This document shows positions 41,675 to 50,400 of a DNA stretch of 64,000 bases, one piece after another. The DNA lies in contig NZ_JAXMOQ010000007.1 in the NCBI RefSeq assembly GCF_034669765.1, positions 75,595-139,594 of the forward strand, in the 5' to 3' direction. How positions within the stretch are numbered: the first letter of the stretch is position 1; each line of letters starts with the position of its first letter. The position numbers and the translations under genes were made by a program. The notes under the pieces were generated by a model that worked only from the letters and a program-made list of their open reading frames with translations, was not told where the DNA came from and ran no database searches. The stretch is from Roseivirga sp. (GTDB lineage Bacteria > Bacteroidota > Bacteroidia > Cytophagales > Cyclobacteriaceae).

Positions 41675-43078
41675 TTAAATTTTATTTCGGTGCTGATCAA
41701 TGATCTTGTATAATGCTTTTTGGGTTTCAATTTTAGGAAAGAAATCAAAAAGTACTTCGTGATTTTCAAAGTCCAAAATTAAAGCATTTTCTAGATAAGC
41801 AAAGGCTTCTTTGTATCTACCTGCCGATATTTGGTAAACCACCATTCTATACATTAAGTCAGAATGTTCGGGAAGTTCTTCCAAAGCCCTATCAATCAAT
41901 TCGATGGCTTTTATATGCTCTCCTTGTTCGTAATGAATGAGCGACCAATCAAGCCAAATCATTTCGTTGTTGGGTTCAAGCATGGCGGCCTCTTGATAGG
42001 CCTCAAAACTGGAAACGATATTGCCTACGTGCTGTTCAGCATCAGCTATAGCCAGCCAATAGTTCGCATTTTCGGGGTCCAACTTTAGTGCTTTGTTAAA
42101 GAAATGAATGGCTTCATAGTACTTGTCTTGTTCAGACAAGCAACAACCTATTCCATACCAAGCATCTTCATAAAACTGATCAAGCTTTGTGGATTTTCGG
42201 TAATACTTCATGGCCAACTCGTATTGCTCGAGTTTTTCATAAGAGGTGCCAATACAACAGTAGGTTTCAGCTGAGGGGCCTTCATTCGTTAGCGTATTCT
42301 TATATGCTTCTAGCGCCTCATCATACTTGTCAATGTTCATGTAGGAATTACCCATGTTGAACCAAGCCGATGAAAATGTATCGTCAATGACCAAAGCATA
42401 ATCGTAAGCTTTTATCGCTTCTTCATAGCGTTCGAGCTTGTTTAATACGATTCCCAAATTATACCATGCGTAGGTAGAATAAGGATCTTGATCGATGAAC
42501 TGCTTATAATAATCAACGCTGTCTTCCAATTTGCCTGTAACGTCTAGGCAATAAGCAAGCTCGTAAAGTGCACTTTCGTGATTTAAATTAAGCTCGATGG
42601 CCTTTTTATAATGTCCTATTGCCTCTTCAAATTTGGAATTGGTTTGGTAGGTAAGGCCCACATTATAATATACTTCTGATTTGTCTTCGGCATAATCCAA
42701 TGTGCTGAGCAAAAGTTCAACTGCTTTTTTATACTCACCTAAAAAGGAATAAATGGTTCCTTTCACGGTGTTCAATTCCACATCATTCGGATGCAAATTT
42801 TGAGCTTCATCAATCACCCTAAGGGCTTCTTGATAATTTTCTTTACCAATGTAGCACTGCGACATGAGCAAGCTTATTTCTTGAGAAAACGGGAATTGAT
42901 CAATGGCGAGCTTGCACGCTTTTAAGCCCTTGCCAAATTGAAGGTGATCGATGTAATACTGAATAATCGTTTCGTATTCAGTGATATCGAAAAAATTATA
43001 TGTCTTTTGCTTGAGTTGCTCTTCGAATTTCTTGATCAGCCCACGTTCCTCTTCTCTGCTAGGATAGTCTTCTTGCAT
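41675..43078 (-). CDS. Tetratricopeptide repeat protein
   Basis: Serial 34-aa TPR units (AWYNLG..., AWFNMG..., AWYGIG...). Confidence 0.9.
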   Translation of the reverse strand: MQEDYPSREEERGLIKKFEEQLKQKTYNFFDITEYETIIQYYIDHLQFGKGLKACKLAIDQFPFSQEISLLMSQCYIGKENYQEALRVIDEAQNLHPNDVELNTVKGTIYSFLGEYKKAVELLLSTLDYAEDKSEVYYNVGLTYQTNSKFEEAIGHYKKAIELNLNHESALYELAYCLDVTGKLEDSVDYYKQFIDQDPYSTYAWYNLGIVLNKLERYEEAIKAYDYALVIDDTFSSAWFNMGNSYMNIDKYDEALEAYKNTLTNEGPSAETYCCIGTSYEKLEQYELAMKYYRKSTKLDQFYEDAWYGIGCCLSEQDKYYEAIHFFNKALKLDPENANYWLAIADAEQHVGNIVSSFEAYQEAAMLEPNNEMIWLDWSLIHYEQGEHIKAIELIDRALEELPEHSDLMYRMVVYQISAGRYKEAFAYLENALILDFENHEVLFDFFPKIETQKALYKIIDQHRNKI

Positions 43079-43173
43079 CTATTTTCGAAAGGTTTATTCA
43101 AAGTAAGGAATAAATGAATGGCAAACTATATGGCCCTGTCTTTTTTTTCCTGATCCGTTTATATCCCTGTTTT

Positions 43174-44154
43174 TTAAAGGTTGTGCATAGATTTAAGTTC
43201 TCTAACGCTCCAGTCTAGAGTTTCGTTCACAGGGCGAAACTCAAAGTTTAAAGCTTTTTTCACTTTATCATTTCTGAAGTGATAATGCATACGTGATAGC
43301 TTGGCGGTATCGCTTGTGATTAGTGCACTTTGGCGCATTATTCTAGAACGTACAAACTCTAATTTTACGGCTACTTTGAGCATCCAGTAAGGAACTGGTT
43401 TGGTGGGTGGTTTTTTGCCAAATCGGCTAGCCACTTCGGTAAAGAAATCTCTAAATTCTTTTGTGCCTGCGTTAAGAACGAACCTTTCGTTTTGAACATT
43501 CGCACTTAGTAATTTAACACAGATTTCTGCTACATCGCGTACGTCCACAAAATTGATGGTACCTTCTGGATGAAATTTTTTGCTGTCGTAAGCATATTTA
43601 AAAACCGAAGTGCTTCCGCTACCCCATAAGCCGGGGCCCAATACTACGGAAGGGTTTACAATTTTCACATTCAAGCCTTCTTGAGCGCCACGCCAAACTT
43701 CCAGTTCTTGTAAATATTTGGATCGTGCATAAATGGAGTCATATTCTGTGCCTTCCCATTTGTCTTTTTCGTCAATAAATTTCTGTCCAGGCTTTCTGCC
43801 CAAGGCGGCCACAGAACTTATTTGCACAAAGCTTTTTACATCAGCTTTTAAACATGCGTTTACCAGATCGGCAGTGCCCTGTACATTGGTTTTGTACATT
43901 CGATCCTCATCTCTTTTGTCAAAAGAAATAATCGCAGCCCCATGAATTACTCCGTCAATACCTTCCAGTGCTTCGAGCAGAAAGGTGGTGTCGTTCATAT
44001 CGCCATCTACCCATTCAATTTGGTCGGCAATATCTTCAATCAAAGTCAGTTGGCTACTTCCGCGTTTGACAGCCCGAATGGACTCCCCATTTTTAATGAG
44101 TTCTCTACAAATAAAGCTACCGAGTAGGCCCGTAGCGCCAGTGACAAAAACCAT
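43174..44154 (-). CDS. NAD-dependent epimerase/dehydratase (extended SDR)
   Basis: TGATGLLG, SSVAALG, YARSK, VNPSVVLG motifs. Confidence 0.88.
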   Translation of the reverse strand: MVFVTGATGLLGSFICRELIKNGESIRAVKRGSSQLTLIEDIADQIEWVDGDMNDTTFLLEALEGIDGVIHGAAIISFDKRDEDRMYKTNVQGTADLVNACLKADVKSFVQISSVAALGRKPGQKFIDEKDKWEGTEYDSIYARSKYLQELEVWRGAQEGLNVKIVNPSVVLGPGLWGSGSTSVFKYAYDSKKFHPEGTINFVDVRDVAEICVKLLSANVQNERFVLNAGTKEFRDFFTEVASRFGKKPPTKPVPYWMLKVAVKLEFVRSRIMRQSALITSDTAKLSRMHYHFRNDKVKKALNFEFRPVNETLDWSVRELKSMHNL

Positions 44155-44159
44155 AAGTT

Positions 44160-44901
44160 CTAAAGGGAATTATTTAGAAGATCTAAATCCATTAATTTTT
44201 TAAAGTACTTTGTTTTCACCGCTTCTTTCAACAGTTCAATATGCCCCATATTGTGACAATCGGTGCCTACTAATTTCACCGCTTTCATGTCAATGAGTTT
44301 TTCGGCAAACTTTTGCACAGGCTTAGAATAACAACCTGTAAGCGCAATGATGTTCAACTGTAGAATTACATTTCTATCAATCAATTCATCCAGTAAATAT
44401 TCGCTTTGCATTAAGTATAAATAGCGTTCTGGATGGGCAAAAACAGGTTTATAACCTTTTAAACTCAGCTTAAAGGTGACTTCTTTTAATTGTGGGGGCA
44501 TGTTCATAAAAGGGGTTTCGAACAAAACGTGCTTATTGCCAAAAGTCATTAATGGAGCTCCTGAGTCTATCAGCTCTACAAACGATTCATCGAGGTAATA
44601 TTCTGTGGCGGCCTCTAGCTGAATATTGATACCTTCTTTTTTGATTGCTTCACGCATGATTTCCAACCCAGCATAAATATTCTCTGGAGAGTTATCGTAT
44701 GTGCCAGGCATGGAGTGGGGGGGTGGTGATAACCTTCTCATAGCCAATGGCTTCCATTTCGCGTAAAACCGTTAGCGATTCTTCAATAGACTGTACCCCG
44801 TCATCAATCGCAGGAATTAGATGCGAATGAATGTCTGTTTTGATAGGCAAAACAGAGGCGGGAGAAGTATCCTTTGGCTTTAAAAAAGAAAGTATACTCA
44901 A
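44160..44901 (-). pseudogene. CpsB/CapC PHP-family tyrosine phosphatase split by a one-base insertion in a G7 tract (44717-44723)
   Basis: 5' ORF has DIHSHLIPAIDDG...VITT; 3' ORF continues PHSM...AHPERY...GTDCHN; removing one G restores a 246-aa protein. Confidence 0.88.
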
Positions 44902-45443
44902 AATAAAGGTGCGTTTTTGTAGGCTACAAAATTAGGTAAAAGTTTATCCTTTTCAGACACGATTGGGTTTTCTATTTGCCAGTCGATATTTAGCTCTGGA
45001 TCATTCCATAAAATACCGCCTTCTGATGCTTTATTGTAATAGTTAGTACACTTGTATGAAAAAACACTGTCTTCTAAAGCCAAGAAACCATGAGCGAAAC
45101 CGGCAGGTACGAGGAATAGATTATGTCTTTTGGCGTCTAAAATTACTGTATGATGTTTTCCGAAAGTAGGAGAGTTAGGCCTTAGGTCTACTGCCACATC
45201 CATTACTTTGCCCAACGCTACTCTAACGAGTTTTGCTTGTGCGTAAGGTTCACTTTGGAAGTGAAGCCCACGTAATGTACCCTTCACAGAAAACGATTCG
45301 TTGTCTTGAACAAAGTCGGTTTGTATTCCGAGGTCCTCAAAAGTCTTTTTTCGATAAGATTCAAAAAAATACCCTCGGTCATCTCCAAACACGGTAGACT
45401 CAATTTCGTAAAGGCCATCAAAGCCTGTTTCTATAATTTTCAT
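44898..45443 (-). CDS. rfbC: dTDP-4-dehydrorhamnose 3,5-epimerase
   Basis: DDRGYFFE, QDNES.S.KGTLRGLHFQ, PAGFAHGF, YKC motifs. Confidence 0.95.
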   Translation of the reverse strand: MKIIETGFDGLYEIESTVFGDDRGYFFESYRKKTFEDLGIQTDFVQDNESFSVKGTLRGLHFQSEPYAQAKLVRVALGKVMDVAVDLRPNSPTFGKHHTVILDAKRHNLFLVPAGFAHGFLALEDSVFSYKCTNYYNKASEGGILWNDPELNIDWQIENPIVSEKDKLLPNFVAYKNAPLF

Positions 45444-45609
45444 TGCTAAAAGATTCCTTTCAAACTTAAGCTGTTAAGCTTTCTTATCAAACGATAAGGT
45501 GTTACAAAACTATTATACCCTTAAATGGTGTTTATACTTTTTAGTTTCATGACGCAATTTCTGGGTTGAATTTAGAAATGGCTTCGATAAGTAGTAATTT
45601 TGATGCTTT

Positions 45610-46809
45610 ATGGGAGGATATTTAACAACGGATACGGACGAAAAAACAGCAGTGATGGTCGCGCTCATCACTAAAGGCCAACCCGAGGAAAAGGTAGTAG
45701 AGTATTTGGATGAATTGGCCTTCTTGGCCGAAACGCTGGGGCTTGAAGTTGTAAAGTCATTTACACAAAGGATGGAAAGGCCAGAGGTAAGGACATTTGT
45801 AGGTAAGGGTAAGCTCGAAGAGATTAAAACTTACTGTATAGCAGAAGGTGTTAAAACAATTATTTTTGATGACGACCTTTCTCCTTCTCAGTTACGAAAT
45901 TTAGAAAAGGAGCTGGAAGTTAAAATCTACGACCGTAGTTTACTCATCCTAGATATCTTTCTTTATCGTGCACAAACAGCCCAAGCTAAAACTCAGGTGG
46001 AACTGGCAAGATCCAAATATTTGCTACCTCGATTAACCAGAATGTGGACTCACCTAGAAAGACAAAGAGGTGGTACGGGCACAAGAGGCGGGGCTGGTGA
46101 AATGGAAATTGAAACTGACCGTAGGATTGTCAGGAATCAGATTGATGTACTGAAAAAGAAGCTGGAGAAAATTGAAATGCAGAATGCAGTTCAGCGAAAA
46201 TCCAGAACGAGCATTGTGCGTGTGGCATTGGTTGGATACACCAACGTGGGTAAATCCACCCTTATGCGTTTAATGACCAAAGCGGATGTATTGGCTGAAA
46301 ATAAACTTTTCGCTACCGTGGATTCCACGGTTAGAAAAATAGCCATTGACGATATTCCTTTCCTGTTGTCCGATACCGTAGGTTTTATTAGAAAACTGCC
46401 TACACACTTGATCGAATCTTTTAAATCTACTTTGGATGAGGTAAGAGAGGCTGATATTCTTTTACACGTAGTAGATGTTTCGCACCCTTATTTTCAAGAC
46501 CAGATGGAAACGGTAAACCAAACTTTGGTAGATCTTGGTGCAGCAGATAAACCAACAATTATCGTTTTCAATAAAATTGACAAGTTGGTTGAATCTTTAG
46601 ATCCAGAAATAGAGGAGGAAATGGAACATCCGCCAATGACATTGGAAAGGCTGAAAAAAACCTATTTAAATGCTGAAGGTGAAAGCGTTGTGTTTATTTC
46701 GGCAGAGAAAAAAGAGAACATTGCAGAAATGCGTGAAGTGATTTTCGAGAAGGTGAAAAAACAGCACATGACCATTTTTCCCAACTACTTGAAGGACACA
46801 TATTATTAA
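45610..46809 (+). CDS. hflX: GTPase HflX
   Basis: GYTNVGKST, LFAT, DTVGF, NKID, ISA motifs and HflX N-domain. Confidence 0.97.
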   Translation: MGGYLTTDTDEKTAVMVALITKGQPEEKVVEYLDELAFLAETLGLEVVKSFTQRMERPEVRTFVGKGKLEEIKTYCIAEGVKTIIFDDDLSPSQLRNLEKELEVKIYDRSLLILDIFLYRAQTAQAKTQVELARSKYLLPRLTRMWTHLERQRGGTGTRGGAGEMEIETDRRIVRNQIDVLKKKLEKIEMQNAVQRKSRTSIVRVALVGYTNVGKSTLMRLMTKADVLAENKLFATVDSTVRKIAIDDIPFLLSDTVGFIRKLPTHLIESFKSTLDEVREADILLHVVDVSHPYFQDQMETVNQTLVDLGAADKPTIIVFNKIDKLVESLDPEIEEEMEHPPMTLERLKKTYLNAEGESVVFISAEKKENIAEMREVIFEKVKKQHMTIFPNYLKDTYY

Positions 46810-46827
46810 AGGATTAATATACTTCAA

Positions 46828-46857
46828 CTGATAGACCGTTATTTTTGGGTCTATCAG
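46828..46857. terminator. Hairpin between convergent hflX and the SQR-module small ORF
   Basis: CTGATAGACC-N10-GGTCTATCAG, perfect 10-bp stem. Confidence 0.5.
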
Positions 46858-46894
46858 AATGAGGTGATTATCGTTTTTTCTTTAGAATAAATTC

Positions 46895-47026
46895 TTATTT
46901 CCTAGTACCCCCGTGTCCGCCCGCTACTATCCTAATGATCCGAACATTCAAATAAATAAATTTGAAAAACTGGATGACTGGATTACGCATGTACGCTTTT
47001 TGGCGCTTTGTTATGGTTTGTTTCAT
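46895..47026 (-). CDS. 43-aa basic amphipathic peptide directly after the SQR-like gene (below ORF-track cutoff)
   Basis: MKQTITKRQKAYMRNPVIQFFKFIYLNVRIIRIVAGGHGGTRK; ATG 6 nt after the SQR stop. Confidence 0.6.
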   Translation of the reverse strand: MKQTITKRQKAYMRNPVIQFFKFIYLNVRIIRIVAGGHGGTRK

Positions 47027-47032
47027 GGTATT

Positions 47033-48490
47033 TTATTCTGGAATTAACCACCAAAATGGTTTCATTTTGGCTTTGTAAATAAATGCATAGTGTAGGGAAA
47101 GCTTTACCCAATGACCGGCAAGCCCAATATCTCCAAATGTCTTTTTAATGTCCCTTCCGCCTGTTTTTTCATATTTTTTGTAATCTGGAACAATAGGGAA
47201 AGTTGTGATACTAACGCCACTGCCAGTTATAAGCCCATAACCTGCGGAAGCAATACATGCTGCCCCCATATTCCCTAAGGAACCTTTATGGTTTAATGAC
47301 TCTTTTCCGCTTTTGATGGAATCGATAATATTGTCTGCTACTAGTTTAGCTGTAATACCTGATGGCATTCCTGTCCTTGGAGGTGCTGGAAATATTTCTG
47401 TTCCATTCGGGTTTTTTCTAGGTTTTGAAATACTATGCGGTGGCGCAAAAGCAATGCCTGGCGCGAAAATGTTTGGATAGTTCGGGTTCTGATAGGTTTC
47501 CGGCCAATCTTGAACTGTCCATTCCTCGTATGGCTTGGCGGTATAGTCGGCATCTACAACCATAAAGCCTTTGAAAAGCTTAGGAGTTATATCTCCTCCT
47601 TGTTGGTCATAAGCTTTGAATCCATGACCCGAAAACGCTGGAATCAGCATGGCGAAATCAAACTCTTCGGTGTTGTGTTCTCCTTCGAGATTTTCATAGA
47701 AGGCTTTTCCTTGATCTATTTTATTGACACCTGCCCCTAAAATCCATTCTATTTCTCTATCCCGGAAAACCATTTCTACCATATCACTTGATTTCATTGG
47801 TTTCCCTTGATAAGACAGCAGCATTCCATCCATGCCAAAGTCTCCTAAAGAGGACTCATTGGTAATCCATTTTATGGCTACTTTATCCCGAACCTTTCTT
47901 CTCCTTAGTTCTTGCTCTACATTGAGAATATATTCAAAAGCAGCTCCTTGACAGGTAGCTTTTGCATGCCCTGTTCCTATAAGTACTTTTAGTTTGGAGG
48001 AGGAATTCTTTGCTTTTTCAATTAGCTTTTCCAATCCACTTGCGGCATGCTGTGCATGATCATAGGTGCAGACGGAATAAACATCATCTGTACCAGGGTT
48101 AAGTCCCTCTGTTAAGTCAAAAGCTAATTTTGGTCCTGTTGCATTGACGAGGTAGTCGTAAGCAACTTTCTCTGTTTTCCCCTTCTGTTCACCAAAAACA
48201 TATTCCACAACTACGTATGGTGGGGTACTGTCATCTCCATCAGGATGGAATGACACAACTTTGGCTTGCTTAAAGTTGATGCCTTTCTTTTTGTAGAGCG
48301 GTTCCAATGGAAAAATAATCTGCTCTGGTTGCATCCTTCCTATCCCCACCCAAATATTTGAGGGAATCCATTGGTAGTTCCGGTTTGGCGAAACGACCAG
48401 CACTTCATGTTTCTTTGAGAGCTTTCTTCTCAAATGGGAAGCGGCAGTATGACCCGCTATTCCCGATCCTAATATTACGACTTTAGACAT
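47033..48490 (-). CDS. FAD-dependent sulfide:quinone oxidoreductase-like flavoprotein
   Basis: VVILGSGIAG FAD motif, WIPSNIWVG, ATGP, YSVCT, CQGAAFEY, PPRTG; C-terminal amphipathic helices. Confidence 0.75.
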   Translation of the reverse strand: MSKVVILGSGIAGHTAASHLRRKLSKKHEVLVVSPNRNYQWIPSNIWVGIGRMQPEQIIFPLEPLYKKKGINFKQAKVVSFHPDGDDSTPPYVVVEYVFGEQKGKTEKVAYDYLVNATGPKLAFDLTEGLNPGTDDVYSVCTYDHAQHAASGLEKLIEKAKNSSSKLKVLIGTGHAKATCQGAAFEYILNVEQELRRRKVRDKVAIKWITNESSLGDFGMDGMLLSYQGKPMKSSDMVEMVFRDREIEWILGAGVNKIDQGKAFYENLEGEHNTEEFDFAMLIPAFSGHGFKAYDQQGGDITPKLFKGFMVVDADYTAKPYEEWTVQDWPETYQNPNYPNIFAPGIAFAPPHSISKPRKNPNGTEIFPAPPRTGMPSGITAKLVADNIIDSIKSGKESLNHKGSLGNMGAACIASAGYGLITGSGVSITTFPIVPDYKKYEKTGGRDIKKTFGDIGLAGHWVKLSLHYAFIYKAKMKPFWWLIPE

Positions 48491-48628
48491 GTTGCTCTAT
48501 TTATAGAACAAGTTTACGACTAGTAATAATAGTATTATGACACAAATGTTACATATAAAAAATAAGGGTAACATTTGTTACAGAACTTTCTATTGATTTA
48601 GTTTTACTTTATTGAAAAAGATAGAATT

Positions 48629-49243
48629 ATGAGGCGACTAATAATCCCACTTATTTTGATTGTAACGGGCTGTACTAATCATAAAGGAACTTCCACACCA
48701 TCTATTAATGAGTTAACAGAATTGGCGATGAATGAGGGGGGTGAAATTTCAATTTTGGCACAAAAGACACTCGGTAGCCAATTGAAAAAATCGATCTCAG
48801 ATAATGGAGTTACTTCTGCGGTGCAGTTTTGCAATTTGGCCGCATATCCCATTCTTGACACATTGAAAATAGCACCTAATGCTATTATTAAGAGAGCTTC
48901 GCTTAGGGTTAGGAATCAGAAGGATGAACCTTCAGATGTGGAACGAGCAATACTTGAGCAATATGCTTTATCGCTGGAAAATGATGGCGATCTCAACCCT
49001 GTGGTAGAAGTAATTAATGAGAAGCAGGTACTCTATGCTAAACCAATTTTATTAGATAGTCCTCTTTGTTTGAACTGTCATGGTCAGGCAGGTAGTCAGG
49101 TTACTTCAGAAACACTAAAGTCGATACAGGAATTGTACCCAAATGACAATGCTCTAAATCATAAAATGGGTGATTTGAGAGGAATATGGAGTATCACATT
49201 TGATATCAGTGAGCTGACCAATTACCTAAAAAATATCAAGTAA
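48629..49243 (+). CDS. DUF3365 (Tll0287-like) heme c-binding lipoprotein
   Basis: Lipobox VTGC; RASLRVRN, YAKPI, CLNCH heme motif, GDLRGIWSI. Confidence 0.85.
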   Translation: MRRLIIPLILIVTGCTNHKGTSTPSINELTELAMNEGGEISILAQKTLGSQLKKSISDNGVTSAVQFCNLAAYPILDTLKIAPNAIIKRASLRVRNQKDEPSDVERAILEQYALSLENDGDLNPVVEVINEKQVLYAKPILLDSPLCLNCHGQAGSQVTSETLKSIQELYPNDNALNHKMGDLRGIWSITFDISELTNYLKNIK

Positions 49244-49351
49244 CTTCTTTCTGCTAACCTTAGGAACCCGGTTTTTCCCTTGACAGGTGTAACAAATGTT
49301 GCCAATACTCATTTGGCAATTGGCTTTATTTGAATAAAAATATCATAGATC

Positions 49352-49987
49352 ATGAAAAATTTATTCAATTACATATTGTTAAGCTTATCCGTGGTAACGC
49401 TCTCGTGTAGTGATTCCAGTGATGAGATGATTACTACAGACGATGAATTAATCAATATACAAATTTGGGCACTTCCAGTAGAGCCTTTGAGTGAAACTGA
49501 AATAGAGGCGCTTTTATTTATGCGAGAGGAAGAAAAATTAGCAAGGGATGTGTATGATCATCTATATACGATTTGGTCATCAAAAATCTTTAATAATATC
49601 TCAGCGAGCGAGCAGTCTCATACAGACGCAGTACGAACACTCTTAAATAAATATAAATTGGAGGATCCCGCAATTAATAGTGCTCCTGGGGTATTCGTCA
49701 ATCAAGAACTTCAAACATTGTATACAGAATTAATTCAGATTGGATCGGTAAGTTTAGAGAGTGCGCTTAAAGTAGGTGCGGCTATTGAAGAAATTGATAT
49801 TTTGGACCTTCAAAGAGAGTTAGGTTCCAATGTGGATAATGAAGACATTATTTTAGTTTTTGAAAATTTGATGAAGGGGTCAAAAAATCACCTTAAATCT
49901 TTTGTGCTGAACTTAAAAAATCAAAATATTGCTTATATCCCTCAATATTTAACTCAAGAAGAATTTGATGCGATCATCAATTCTTAA
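49352..49987 (+). CDS. DUF2202 ferritin-like lipoprotein
   Basis: Lipobox TLSC; MREEEKLARDVY, SEQSH, GAAIEEIDILDL, GSKNHL motifs. Confidence 0.88.
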   Translation: MKNLFNYILLSLSVVTLSCSDSSDEMITTDDELINIQIWALPVEPLSETEIEALLFMREEEKLARDVYDHLYTIWSSKIFNNISASEQSHTDAVRTLLNKYKLEDPAINSAPGVFVNQELQTLYTELIQIGSVSLESALKVGAAIEEIDILDLQRELGSNVDNEDIILVFENLMKGSKNHLKSFVLNLKNQNIAYIPQYLTQEEFDAIINS

Positions 49988-50191
49988 TTTCAGAGCAGCT
50001 GGGTATCTATAAACTCCTGTTACATTTGTCATAATCTATCCCCAGCAGGGTTTTATTAGCCATTGGTTGTCTTTATCATTGTTTACCAAGAGAAGCGTCT
50101 GTCTTTGTGGTAAAGTCTCCTAAAGCGATCTTCCCAAATTACTTGAAAGACACATATTATTAATTAATTTTGTTCCTCCAAAAAAAGGAAT

Positions 50192-50263
50192 GGTCCCGTA
50201 GTTCAACGGATAGAATAGAAGTTTCCTAAACTTTAGATACAAGTTCGATTCTTGTCGGGATCA
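50192..50263 (+). tRNA. tRNA-Arg (anticodon CCT)
   Basis: Acceptor GGTCCCG/CGGGATC; D arm; anticodon arm GAAGT-TTCCTAA-ACTTT; GTTCGATTC T loop; CCA not encoded. Confidence 0.95.
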
Positions 50264-50296
50264 CACTTAACACTAACTAACAAGTGTAAACAAGAG

Positions 50297-50325
50297 ATAA
50301 GCCACTGAATAACAGTGGCTTATTT
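50297..50325 (+). terminator. Hairpin after the tRNA (terminator or attachment-site palindrome)
   Basis: ATAAGCCACTG-AATAA-CAGTGGCTTAT. Confidence 0.6.
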
Positions 50326-50376
50326 GGTGTTAAGGCATGTTAGTTCTCTTGTCCTATCTTGTTAATTCCCGTAAAT

Positions 50377-50398
50377 TGTTATCCAAAATGTTATACAA
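50377..50398 (+). repeat. Tandem direct repeat, candidate integrase arm-type sites
   Basis: TGTTATCCAA-AA-TGTTATACAA immediately before the int ATG. Confidence 0.5.
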
Positions 50399-50400
50399 CT

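Larger units (their letters stand above)
48538..50033. promoter_or_regulatory. Four copies of a 16-bp palindromic operator TGTAAC-AAAT-GTTACA (48538, 48567, 49288, 50018)
   Basis: TGACACAAATGTTACA; GGTAACATTTGTTACA; TGTAACAAATGTTGCC; TGTTACATTTGTCATA, all intergenic. Confidence 0.65.

Noticed and set aside
44692-44747. Two separate overlapping genes at 44160-44747 and 44692-44901
   Set aside because: They are two halves of one PHP phosphatase; the second ORF's start MAMRRLS is out-of-frame sequence.
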